From: a virus
Taxonomy: Duplodnaviria > Heunggongvirae > Uroviricota > Caudoviricetes
IMG/VR virus record: IMGVR_UViG_2713896907_000002
Coordinates: 1-28,746 of that record
DNA length: 28,746 bases
Reading direction: 5' to 3' (one strand)
A model generated the notes under the pieces. That model was not told where the DNA came from and searched no databases. It saw nothing but the letters and a program-made list of their open reading frames with translations. The translations under genes and the position numbers were made by a program. Below are positions 7,936-16,185 of the stretch, one piece after another (position 1 is the first letter of the stretch; each line of letters starts with the position of its first letter).

Positions 7936-7958
7936 AGCCCGCGCTGCGGGCTTTTTTG
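7936..7958 (+). terminator. Rho-independent terminator
   Basis: AGCCCG-CGCTG-CGGGCT stem-loop followed by TTTTTT (7952-7957), 8 nt after the TAG stop of the 211-aa gene. Confidence 0.65.
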
Positions 7959-8029
7959 TGGACGAAACGAAAGTCAGTGCTACACTCATTGACGCCACAT
8001 TGAGGTGGCTTATAGATGGAAATTTCACA

Positions 8030-8191
8030 ATGAAAAAAGCATTTGCTGCACTGTTCGTTTTGTTGTCTCTGGTAGCTTCAACTCAGGCCTTTGCCGGTCG
8101 TTGTCAGAACGACAGCGATACTGCTGCTGACGGCTCCCGCTGCGGTGGGCGTTCTGCGGATTCCCGCCCGGGTGGCGGTGGCATTCGTTAA
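8030..8191 (+). CDS. Small secreted protein candidate (53 aa with a signal peptide)
   Basis: From the internal ATG: MKKAFAALFVLLSLVASTQAFA then G, a canonical signal peptide with an A-x-A cleavage site, followed by a Gly/Arg/Ser/Asp-rich tail with two Cys. A TTGACG-N16-TATAGA promoter-like element sits just upstream (7989-8016). Weak Shine-Dalgarno. Confidence 0.35.
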   Translation: MKKAFAALFVLLSLVASTQAFAGRCQNDSDTAADGSRCGGRSADSRPGGGGIR

Positions 8192-8212
8192 AAACAAGGC
8201 CGCGAAAGCGGC
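8190..8212 (-). terminator. Terminator candidate for the minus-strand ejection-protein operon
   Basis: Plus strand shows AAAAA (8190-8194), CAAG, then GCCGC-GAAA-GCGGC (8199-8212). On the minus strand this reads hairpin, CUUG, UUUUU. Confidence 0.4.
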
Positions 8213-8214
8213 AT

Positions 8215-8226
8215 GTGACATGTCAC
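8215..8226. promoter_or_regulatory. 12-bp perfect palindrome GTGACATGTCAC (copy 1 of 2)
   Basis: Perfect inverted repeat between the convergent small ORFs. An identical 12-mer occurs at 27613-27624. Confidence 0.35.
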
Positions 8227-8233
8227 GCTCACG

Positions 8234-8374
8234 TTATGACAAGCCTATGTACCCTGCTACACCAGATAATATCAAAACAACTGCAACAGCAAATTCACCA
8301 TCACCAATGATACATTTACGGTTCATAACGCCAAGTGCAACAAGCGCAAACACAACAAGAATAAAAGCAATCAT
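8234..8374 (-). CDS. Small hydrophobic membrane peptide candidate, 46 aa, last gene of the ejection-protein operon
   Basis: Not in the ORF track (below 60 aa). ATG at 8372-8374 is preceded by AAGGA with a 6-nt spacer, directly after the TAA stop of the 824-aa gene. Sequence MIAFILVVFALVALGVMNRKCIIGDGEFAVAVVLILSGVAGYIGLS predicts two transmembrane helices. Confidence 0.4.
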   Translation of the reverse strand: MIAFILVVFALVALGVMNRKCIIGDGEFAVAVVLILSGVAGYIGLS

Positions 8375-8383
8375 TTCTCATCC

Positions 8384-10858
8384 TTATTGCGGAGTGACAT
8401 CCTGAGGTCGCCACCAGTATGTCTGGTTAAACTCTTTCTTCGAACGTTGCTCCATTTTACGCAAATAGCCTGGTGAAAAATACTCCTGCATCTGGTTAAA
8501 GATCATGTGATCGAGAGCCGCCTTCAAGTACCAGAGATTCGCACCTGGCATCAGCCCCTTCCCCAGCTTAACCAGATCACCACCAGTCTGCTCGTTCTTC
8601 CCTTCCACAGCATTTAGAGGTATGCCCTGAGCTATCTTCACTACGTCATCAACCAGACCAGCTACCGGGCCAAGCATCGACGCCAGCGCGCCACTCCCGT
8701 ACCTAGTGTGGTCAGAGAAAAGAAAATCACCGTACAACCCAGCCCCACCACCTTTTAAAAATGCATTTATCCAGAATTTAACCATGTGGTCACCGGTCAT
8801 TTCCTTTGGATTTCTCCCATTAATAAGATCAGTAATCTGCATGGAAAGAGCACCAAGCATGGTTGTGCTTGCTAAAAACGTTGCTATATATGCTGCACGC
8901 CCACCAGCAGACGGCATACCCATAGCGCGTGACCAGTGACGCATAACAACCGAGATAGGGAACGATTTAAACAGGAAAACACTTCTCGTTAATTCACCTT
9001 TCCATGTTCCACGCTGAAGACCAGACCCTACGAACATCTGTTCACGTGCGCCCGGTGTAATAACAGCCATATCAACTTCTTCAGTTACAGCACCGAGCAG
9101 TTTACGCATTGCCTCAAATTTCACGCGTTCAGGCTCACCAAGATGTTTAACTGCTGAATCAGGGATACGCATAATGCTTTCCGGTGTCAGCATCGTATTA
9201 TTACCGTTCCCCCAGTCCTCCTGTTGCGCCAGCTTCCATACGCTCCAGTCTGTGTCAGTAATCCCTTTGCTTTTCAGGATACGAAAATCAGAGTCATCGA
9301 GGCTATGAAGGTCTGGTGTCCGTGACACTACTTCTCCCAGGCTTCCCATCATGGTTACGCCATAGGCGCGCTTGTGCGCATCTGACCATGCTGTAAGCCC
9401 ACTGGCACGCATTACGGCCGTTGCCGCCCAACGAGACACTGACGGCCCCATATTATCCATCGCCCAGCGGTTAACGCTGCCAAGTAGAGATTCCATCGCC
9501 AGACCAGCGCGGCGCGCCCGCGCAAGTTCTGTACGGTTCGTTGGGTCCATAGCTTCAAGCTGGTTGCGGAATAACTGGTTCATTGGAAGGTTGGTAACCT
9601 TCGCAGACAGATACATGGTTCCAAGATCAGAGAACGATGACAGCAACGCTGATCCGAGTCTGCTGGCAACCAGCCAGTTGCGGATATTGTCAGACCATCG
9701 CGCGATGTGCGGATTCGCTACAGGCTGTGTCTTTCCGGAAATAAAGTTGTACAGATTCTCTGTGTTGTTCGCCAGCCGCTCGACTTTACCGGTTTTACTC
9801 GGGTTAGCTGTTGCCGTTTCTGCCTTAACCTGATCAAGAAGGGAGCGGAAAACATGATCGGGGTTTGGGCCATATGTTTCCACCAGTGCAATATCTTTAC
9901 TGATACCTTCCAGGTGACCGACCATGATTTCCCATAGAGAGCGATCGCCATAAAGTTGCTGATATTGCAGATAGGAATCTGCATCTTTGAAATGTATCTG
10001 TCGTGATGCATTACCACGGTTAGCACGTGCGCCGGAAATTCGCATTCCGGTATCAGTAAGCTTATTCAGCCCACCAGTAGCGATCGTGTTATAAGCCTCT
10101 CCAAGAAATGCAGACAACTCGGCATCGTTCATCAGTTGTCCATCGGCTCGGGTATAATATTTGCGATCCAGCTTACCTATAACATCGCTAACCCATTTAT
10201 CTTTTGATACCGCCCCAACCTTTTCCATAGAATGATGTTGAGGGATTCCCCAGTTTTCGAGATAGCCAATGTCCCCACCAGCATCATTAAACCGGCGGCG
10301 GAGTAGATCTGTCACTTCTCTCCACGCCTTAGCACCTTTTCTTGCTTTAGCATTGCCAGTATTTTGCCCTCGCATTTCATATACCAGGTCACGCACGCCC
10401 GCTTCATCTTCAAACAGGCCAAAAAAGCGAGGATCAACTGCTTCGAATGCCTCCTGCAATTGACTCAATGCATAATCACGAGTGGCTTTTGTTCTGGACT
10501 CAACAGAGAGGAAATTCGATTTACCGTCTGCATTAAAAGCAATAGTACGGTTAAGAGCGCCAAGTTTCCCATCAGCCCCTTGATAGCTATTGATAAATTT
10601 ATCCAATCTCTGACGTGCGGCTATAGTGAGAGCCACACGACGTTTCTTTAATGCCGCTTCTCGCTGTAATTCTTCAGATGCCAATTGTGCTGCACGATAT
10701 AGCCGCTCTGATTCGGAAAGTTGTCTCCACGACATCGGGTCATTACGAGCAATGGAGCGCATATTTCGATAAATGCGGTCTTCAATGTTCTGTATTTCTC
10801 GCGCCGTTAACGTGCGCTGCGCCGCCTGCTGGACCGCTTGTATACATTCCTGTCTCAT
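8384..10858 (-). CDS. Large internal virion / ejection protein candidate, 824 aa
   Basis: ATG start. Third of three consecutive large proteins downstream of the tail tubular genes, the same position and size class as T7 gp15/gp16-type core proteins. Translationally contiguous with neighbours. Confidence 0.55.
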   Translation of the reverse strand: MRQECIQAVQQAAQRTLTAREIQNIEDRIYRNMRSIARNDPMSWRQLSESERLYRAAQLASEELQREAALKKRRVALTIAARQRLDKFINSYQGADGKLGALNRTIAFNADGKSNFLSVESRTKATRDYALSQLQEAFEAVDPRFFGLFEDEAGVRDLVYEMRGQNTGNAKARKGAKAWREVTDLLRRRFNDAGGDIGYLENWGIPQHHSMEKVGAVSKDKWVSDVIGKLDRKYYTRADGQLMNDAELSAFLGEAYNTIATGGLNKLTDTGMRISGARANRGNASRQIHFKDADSYLQYQQLYGDRSLWEIMVGHLEGISKDIALVETYGPNPDHVFRSLLDQVKAETATANPSKTGKVERLANNTENLYNFISGKTQPVANPHIARWSDNIRNWLVASRLGSALLSSFSDLGTMYLSAKVTNLPMNQLFRNQLEAMDPTNRTELARARRAGLAMESLLGSVNRWAMDNMGPSVSRWAATAVMRASGLTAWSDAHKRAYGVTMMGSLGEVVSRTPDLHSLDDSDFRILKSKGITDTDWSVWKLAQQEDWGNGNNTMLTPESIMRIPDSAVKHLGEPERVKFEAMRKLLGAVTEEVDMAVITPGAREQMFVGSGLQRGTWKGELTRSVFLFKSFPISVVMRHWSRAMGMPSAGGRAAYIATFLASTTMLGALSMQITDLINGRNPKEMTGDHMVKFWINAFLKGGGAGLYGDFLFSDHTRYGSGALASMLGPVAGLVDDVVKIAQGIPLNAVEGKNEQTGGDLVKLGKGLMPGANLWYLKAALDHMIFNQMQEYFSPGYLRKMEQRSKKEFNQTYWWRPQDVTPQ

Positions 10859-10863
10859 TTAAT

Positions 10864-12666
10864 TTAACCTCTCAAGAAACACGCCACAGCGACATCAAAC
10901 AGGCTGGAATCCTGTATTGCCTGCTCACTTTCCCTGTTCGCTTCATCCAGTACTTCACGCGCACTGCGCGATTGTGGATTACCATCATCATCCAGCACGG
11001 TGATTATCATGTCAGGTGATTCAAGCAGCGAGTCTTCAGCTATGCGCAGATCAATATCTCCTGCCTGATCTGACATCATTTTTTGTTCTGCCTGTTGCAA
11101 TATTTTATCAGGCTCAAAAGGAGCTACTTCGTCTGGCGTCCTGACCTCTGCTGTTTTATAGAATGAAACAGCCTGAGCATTAAGTTCACTTTCTGCCTGC
11201 TGTCTCCGAGCCAGTTCTGCTCGAGCTTCAAAAAACTGACCGCCAGGCTCGTGCGGTGCCAACGCGTTACGGGAAAATTCCAAGCGTTCTTGTGCCTGCC
11301 GGATTCGTTGATCAATATCGCGAAGTCTGGCCTGTTTATCTGATCGAGCACGAGACAAAGCTTTACCGCTACCGGTTGGCTCTTCTGCAAGAATTTGTGC
11401 ACGCTGTTCAGTGAGATTTTCAATAATTCGTTGGCTATTAGCGATTTCAGACTGGTAAACCTGTCTATCTCCACGCGGCAAAAGCTGCGCGGCCTGTTCT
11501 TCAAGCAACCGATTTTCTATAGCGCGCGCCGTTACTCCATCATCTATAGATGACAGAGCCTCATTAACTGCCTGAGACAGCAGACTCTTGCGCCCAGGAA
11601 TTTCACTGAAAGATGCAGACTCAACAATGCTGGCAACGTCTACAGGTCTCCCCTGGCTAACATCAGACATAGCTTTTCGCAGAGCCTGAATGTGAGAATT
11701 GCGCGAAAGCACGTTGATCGGCACGCCGGGAGCAATATCAATTTCAGCATGATGAGCGGCATTCGCCGCCAGTGCAGCATCGATATCAACTGGTGAAAAA
11801 TTTGGTGCGCTTGTAGACTCGCCGCGAGAGTTAATAAATCTGCCGACACCACCAAACGCCACTCCAAGAACAGCATCAATAGCAATTGCCTGTCGATCCA
11901 ACACATCATACTGGTTAGCCATTTCGCTATAGCCACCATCACGAAGCGTTTTTGCAGTAAGCCCACGCTGTGCCATACCGAACGCAATATTTGTACCTGC
12001 GGCATAGGCAATATCTGGCGTTGCACGTACTGCTGTTACTGCGGCGCGTCGCACTGAACTTTCACCCGTCCGCGTAAGCTGAGCCGCCACACCTTCCGCC
12101 AGCGCACCACCAGCACGTAACCCGAGGCTCATAGGGATCAGTGTTCCGGCACCAGCAGTAATGCCCTGCACTAATCCCGCTTCCTGCGCCGTCCTGAAAT
12201 CAACACCCTGTGCTGTCAGCCGTTCAAACTCAGAAAAACCCTGTAGCGAAGTTACCGCCGCTGCACCTCCGACAGGACCACCGAGCGTTGTACCGACAAC
12301 AGCCTGCCCGCCCATATCGAACAACCCATAAAGAACCTGCCCGGCGGTTCCGGTTGTCGCGGCATCAGGCGTCAGCCGCTTAACCTGCTGCTCTGCTAGT
12401 TTTCTCTGCTCAGCAATGTATGAAACTGAAGTGTCATTGAGCGAGGTGTTTTCGTTAACAAACTGAGCAATCGGGGATACGATTTTATCCATCCCTGCCC
12501 ATAGCAACTGATCTGGCTTTGCCACCAGCCCGGAGTACAAACCAGACAATGCCGCTCCTACAGCATTGTCGAAAAAACCAACATCGCTGTTAAAGCCAGC
12601 TGGATTTGATGCTGCTTCGTCAAGCTGCTGATTCTGGTTTACTGGATTAAGGCCAAAGTAACTCAT
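10864..12666 (-). CDS. Internal virion / ejection protein candidate, 600 aa
   Basis: ATG start overlapping the upstream stop (ATGA). Ala/Gly-rich N-terminal half and a charged coiled-coil-like C-terminal half. Confidence 0.55.
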   Translation of the reverse strand: MSYFGLNPVNQNQQLDEAASNPAGFNSDVGFFDNAVGAALSGLYSGLVAKPDQLLWAGMDKIVSPIAQFVNENTSLNDTSVSYIAEQRKLAEQQVKRLTPDAATTGTAGQVLYGLFDMGGQAVVGTTLGGPVGGAAAVTSLQGFSEFERLTAQGVDFRTAQEAGLVQGITAGAGTLIPMSLGLRAGGALAEGVAAQLTRTGESSVRRAAVTAVRATPDIAYAAGTNIAFGMAQRGLTAKTLRDGGYSEMANQYDVLDRQAIAIDAVLGVAFGGVGRFINSRGESTSAPNFSPVDIDAALAANAAHHAEIDIAPGVPINVLSRNSHIQALRKAMSDVSQGRPVDVASIVESASFSEIPGRKSLLSQAVNEALSSIDDGVTARAIENRLLEEQAAQLLPRGDRQVYQSEIANSQRIIENLTEQRAQILAEEPTGSGKALSRARSDKQARLRDIDQRIRQAQERLEFSRNALAPHEPGGQFFEARAELARRQQAESELNAQAVSFYKTAEVRTPDEVAPFEPDKILQQAEQKMMSDQAGDIDLRIAEDSLLESPDMIITVLDDDGNPQSRSAREVLDEANRESEQAIQDSSLFDVAVACFLRG

Positions 12667-15176
12667 TGCGGAATATCTCCGGAGAATCTCTGACGCTTCT
12701 GTGTCAGATTAAGAACAACGGGAGAACCATCATCTTTCAGCAGATAACCAGTACCAAGTTTCACCAGGTACTGACTATCGCCGTAACTTTGCAAACCATA
12801 CTGACCAGGCGGTGTTTTTATCCCGGAGCCGACAACTTGTTCATTCCAAGCCTGATTAACCTGCTTATCGAATTGCTCTGCAGACATTCCCCACGGCAAA
12901 AGGACATTCCCCATTCCGTTATAGTCATGCACGCCACCTGTAGCTACGTTAACAGCCTGTTTCCAGACATCATTGTCAATTTCGCCTGATACCGCGCCTT
13001 TTTTCGCCATCACACCAGCGTAATAATCCTTTGCGATCTCGTATGCCATTGATGCCCCCTGAGCGTCACCAGCAAATGCATCCTTCACCATGTCAGAAAA
13101 CTCAAGGCGAAGATCAGCATCTTTAGGCATCGGAATACCTTTCGCATCATCAGTACCTTTACGAGCCGCCGCGCCAGCAAGAATTGTCTGCGCAGCGGTT
13201 TCAGGAGACACGGAAACATCCGGATTAAACCAGTTTTTTTCTGCCAAAATACCACCAGGCTTATCCATCAGTATCCCGGCAACGGCAGCAGATGGAGCGC
13301 TGGCACTGATCTGCTGTAGTGCTGACATATACACCTGCCCACCACCAGTGCTCTGCCTGATGGTATCGAGATATGCTGCCTGTTGGGAAACTGGAGCATC
13401 ACGAAAGAAAACACCGATCTGATTGGCCTCGTCTTTGGAAAAGAACGTCAGTGGAGTGCCATATGACTTAGCAAGGTCACTGACCTGAGCGGCACGCAAG
13501 GCAACGCTCTGTCCAAAGTTATCCTTATTGCTCATGTCGATAGGCTTTGCCTGTCCGGAGGCAAGAGAGAACTGCACAGGATCCGACTGCCGCTGCTTTA
13601 TCACCTGATTTGCAGCCGAAACAACGTTGTCATAAAGAGCTGCGCGTGCCGCATACCCCTCCCCTGTATCACCAGTATCCGGGCGTAATTGCTCAACATA
13701 TGCTGTAATGCTGCCTGTCGGCATGTTGCGGAAAGAGCCTATATACTGTCCGGCGATCTGCGTATTCTTAAACTCGGTATATCGCAGGTTTCCTTCTCTG
13801 ACTCCATAAGCTGCAATAAAATCATCCTCACCAGGTGGGTTAGGAAATTCAACGCCACGCATATACGCAGCCGTCGCATCGCGAACCCGGCTGTCGAGCA
13901 TCGTTTTATATTCAGCCTGCTGTTGTCTGGCTAGTGCATCAGTCTGTCGCAACACGCTGGCCTGATCTGATTCACTTAAAGCATCGAACCAGGCTACACC
14001 GGTATAACGTTTATTTTTTGTCGGTAGCTGAGAAAGCCCCAGCGCGGCACTAACACCAGCAGTTAACTGCTGATCACTGTATGGCTGGCTACCGTTTTCA
14101 TGATGGATAATGGCTGCACAAAGCGCCTTCAGGGTATCCGGATTAGATGCATCGAGAGGCTCATCAGCAGAAACGCCAAGTTGTTCGCACACTGCTTTGA
14201 TATACGACATTGTGTCATTTTTATCAGTGGGCGGTGCCCAGCGATTAATTATCTCACTGACGGTATCAATACCCTGCCGCTGATACGACATCAGGTTCCG
14301 CCCTAATGCACGAATACCGTGTTCAGGGGTTTCGAATTTGGCAAAGCGACCATCATCACCAGTCAGCCCAACCCACGGATTAGTTTTGCTGTATTCAAGA
14401 TTTCCGGGGTTATTGTTGCGTATACCGCGGGTACGATCGGAAGATCCACTATCTGCTACAGCACGGCGAGATCCAGCAGCAGTATCGCTTAACTCGCCGT
14501 TTTGCTGCCTTACCTGAAGATAGTTTGCTCCAATAGCATTTTGAGCAGTTGCTTTTGCTGTTGCTTCTTTAAACTCGATTTTCTTGGCCTGGATTTGCTC
14601 GTCACTCCAGCCATGTGCAATGCCGTAATCCTCAATTTGCTGGAAAGTTTGCTTATTAGCCAATACATATGCGGCGTTGTCGCCATACAATGCTGCGGCA
14701 TTTTTACCATTGTTCAGCAGTGTCGCCTGAAACTGGCCTTCTTCGTAGGCATTTATTTGCCCTATCTCGTGCCGCCCGGCCTGCGTAGTGAACTGAATGC
14801 GCTGCTGCTGCGCCTGCTGCATGAAAGCATTACGAGCCTGTTCATCCGGCAGCGACATAGCCAGTTGTTCGATCTGAGCATCAAACTGCTGTGTATACTC
14901 ATGGCCTTTTCCAATAGCATTTTTCCCTTTCAGGTTAAGCAATCCTGTTTCAGGATTATTCAGCAGATCACTGCCTGTCTGACTGAGTTTAAGGGATGCC
15001 TCCTGAACCAAGGCAATATTGGCGCGCTGTTTTGCCTGCCCCAAAACATCAATTGCCTCTTCCCCTGCCCGAACAAAAGCATCACCAATACTTGGCTGAG
15101 AAAACGTCTGCAAGCCTGCTGACTGAACTCCACGGCTCTCAACCTGACGTCCGGATACTGTTGGTACGACTGGCAT
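12663..15176 (-). CDS. Internal virion / ejection protein candidate (about 837 aa from the internal ATG)
   Basis: Track ORF starts at GTG 15251; the ATG at 15176 has a GGAGG Shine-Dalgarno and overlaps the upstream stop (TAATG). Contains a compact segment GIRNNNPGNLEY...; whether this is a catalytic or cell-wall-interacting domain is unverified. Confidence 0.55.
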   Translation of the reverse strand: MPVVPTVSGRQVESRGVQSAGLQTFSQPSIGDAFVRAGEEAIDVLGQAKQRANIALVQEASLKLSQTGSDLLNNPETGLLNLKGKNAIGKGHEYTQQFDAQIEQLAMSLPDEQARNAFMQQAQQQRIQFTTQAGRHEIGQINAYEEGQFQATLLNNGKNAAALYGDNAAYVLANKQTFQQIEDYGIAHGWSDEQIQAKKIEFKEATAKATAQNAIGANYLQVRQQNGELSDTAAGSRRAVADSGSSDRTRGIRNNNPGNLEYSKTNPWVGLTGDDGRFAKFETPEHGIRALGRNLMSYQRQGIDTVSEIINRWAPPTDKNDTMSYIKAVCEQLGVSADEPLDASNPDTLKALCAAIIHHENGSQPYSDQQLTAGVSAALGLSQLPTKNKRYTGVAWFDALSESDQASVLRQTDALARQQQAEYKTMLDSRVRDATAAYMRGVEFPNPPGEDDFIAAYGVREGNLRYTEFKNTQIAGQYIGSFRNMPTGSITAYVEQLRPDTGDTGEGYAARAALYDNVVSAANQVIKQRQSDPVQFSLASGQAKPIDMSNKDNFGQSVALRAAQVSDLAKSYGTPLTFFSKDEANQIGVFFRDAPVSQQAAYLDTIRQSTGGGQVYMSALQQISASAPSAAVAGILMDKPGGILAEKNWFNPDVSVSPETAAQTILAGAAARKGTDDAKGIPMPKDADLRLEFSDMVKDAFAGDAQGASMAYEIAKDYYAGVMAKKGAVSGEIDNDVWKQAVNVATGGVHDYNGMGNVLLPWGMSAEQFDKQVNQAWNEQVVGSGIKTPPGQYGLQSYGDSQYLVKLGTGYLLKDDGSPVVLNLTQKRQRFSGDIPQ

Positions 15177-15721
15177 TATAATCCTCCGGGTAATCTGGTT
15201 CCTGCTGCTGCCCCGATTGGCGCAGGAGTGCTTTGAGTAAACGGACTCCACGTCCCACCAAACATCTGGTACGCACCGTATGCCTTCAGAGGCGCGGTGA
15301 GCAATGTTGTTGCTGCTCCCACATTCCCCTGTTTACGGGCTGAACTGGCTTCTGCTTTATAGTTGGCAGCCTGAACCTGATAACCGTAAGCCTCACGTTG
15401 CGCGTTATTCACCGTCGTCAGCGCATCAAGAGCGCCAAACTGAGCAGTGTCACCAAATATATCCAGCGCGTTACCGGTAGATAAATCAGCGCCGGTAGCC
15501 CCCATTGTCGCCGCTTGTGTGCCAAGCCGCTGCCGGGTCTCTCTGCGCCGTTGCTCAGCTTCAGCGTTACCTCTGTTTATTGCATCATTTGCCTGAGCAG
15601 TGGCTATATCTGCGTTCGCTTCTGCAACCTTCGAGGCATACTTTCCCTGTTGGTACTGGGTGTATGCCTGAATGCCACTCATGGCAAGCATTGCGCCACC
15701 AGCAATAACCGGATCACACAT
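15176..15721 (-). CDS. Internal virion protein candidate, 181 aa (T7 gp14-like position)
   Basis: ATG start. Ala/Gln-rich with a glycine-rich hydrophobic N-terminus. Tightly coupled to flanking genes. Confidence 0.5.
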   Translation of the reverse strand: MCDPVIAGGAMLAMSGIQAYTQYQQGKYASKVAEANADIATAQANDAINRGNAEAEQRRRETRQRLGTQAATMGATGADLSTGNALDIFGDTAQFGALDALTTVNNAQREAYGYQVQAANYKAEASSARKQGNVGAATTLLTAPLKAYGAYQMFGGTWSPFTQSTPAPIGAAAGTRLPGGL

Positions 15722-16185
15722 TATTTTCTCTCCATGTGAAATCTGTGGAAATTAAAACCAAGAGCACCATAAGGCGCGGCTTCTTCAAGCCTGAATCCAA
15801 GCCAGTGCAGCCATGCTTTGGCAACATGGTTTCGCTCGTCGACGTAGTTTTCCAGGCGCGGATAAACTGCCAGCATCTGCTGCAATACAGGGCGGCAGTG
15901 GCGCAGAAATGTCTTCTGATATTTTTCAATACGGCTGGTCCCGACCAGCCAGGGCGTACCATTGCCACCGATCATTGACGCCGGAGATACGCCAAACATG
16001 GTTACCAGTTCTCCGTTCGCGAACCCTGACCAGGCCATAGTCGCAGTGCGCAGACCAACACGCAGCGCATCTTCGGTAGTCATCAGCGATACCGCATACA
16101 GTTCGTCAATATCAGCCTGACGAACATCCGGCAAAATCATCTGAAGATGCTCTTCGGTAGCGGGAATAATTTGAACATCGATCAT
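15721..16185 (-). CDS. Hypothetical virion-module protein, 154 aa (T7 gp13-like position)
   Basis: ATG start overlapping the stop of the upstream 823-aa gene (ATGA). Confidence 0.5.
   Translation of the reverse strand: MIDVQIIPATEEHLQMILPDVRQADIDELYAVSLMTTEDALRVGLRTATMAWSGFANGELVTMFGVSPASMIGGNGTPWLVGTSRIEKYQKTFLRHCRPVLQQMLAVYPRLENYVDERNHVAKAWLHWLGFRLEEAAPYGALGFNFHRFHMERK

Noticed and set aside
9588-9602. AAGGTT-GGT-AACCTT inverted repeat inside the 824-aa gene as an eighth palindrome-family site
   Set aside because: Arm sequence and spacing differ from TTACC-N5-GGTAA and it lies within coding sequence; treated as coincidental.
14502-15122. Plus-strand 206-aa ORF inside the 837-aa ejection protein gene
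   Set aside because: Fully contained antisense to a long, translationally coupled minus-strand gene; Cys/Leu-rich composition typical of shadow frames. The same reasoning applies to 18213-18917, 18722-19447, 19450-19929 and 21456-22037 on the plus strand.
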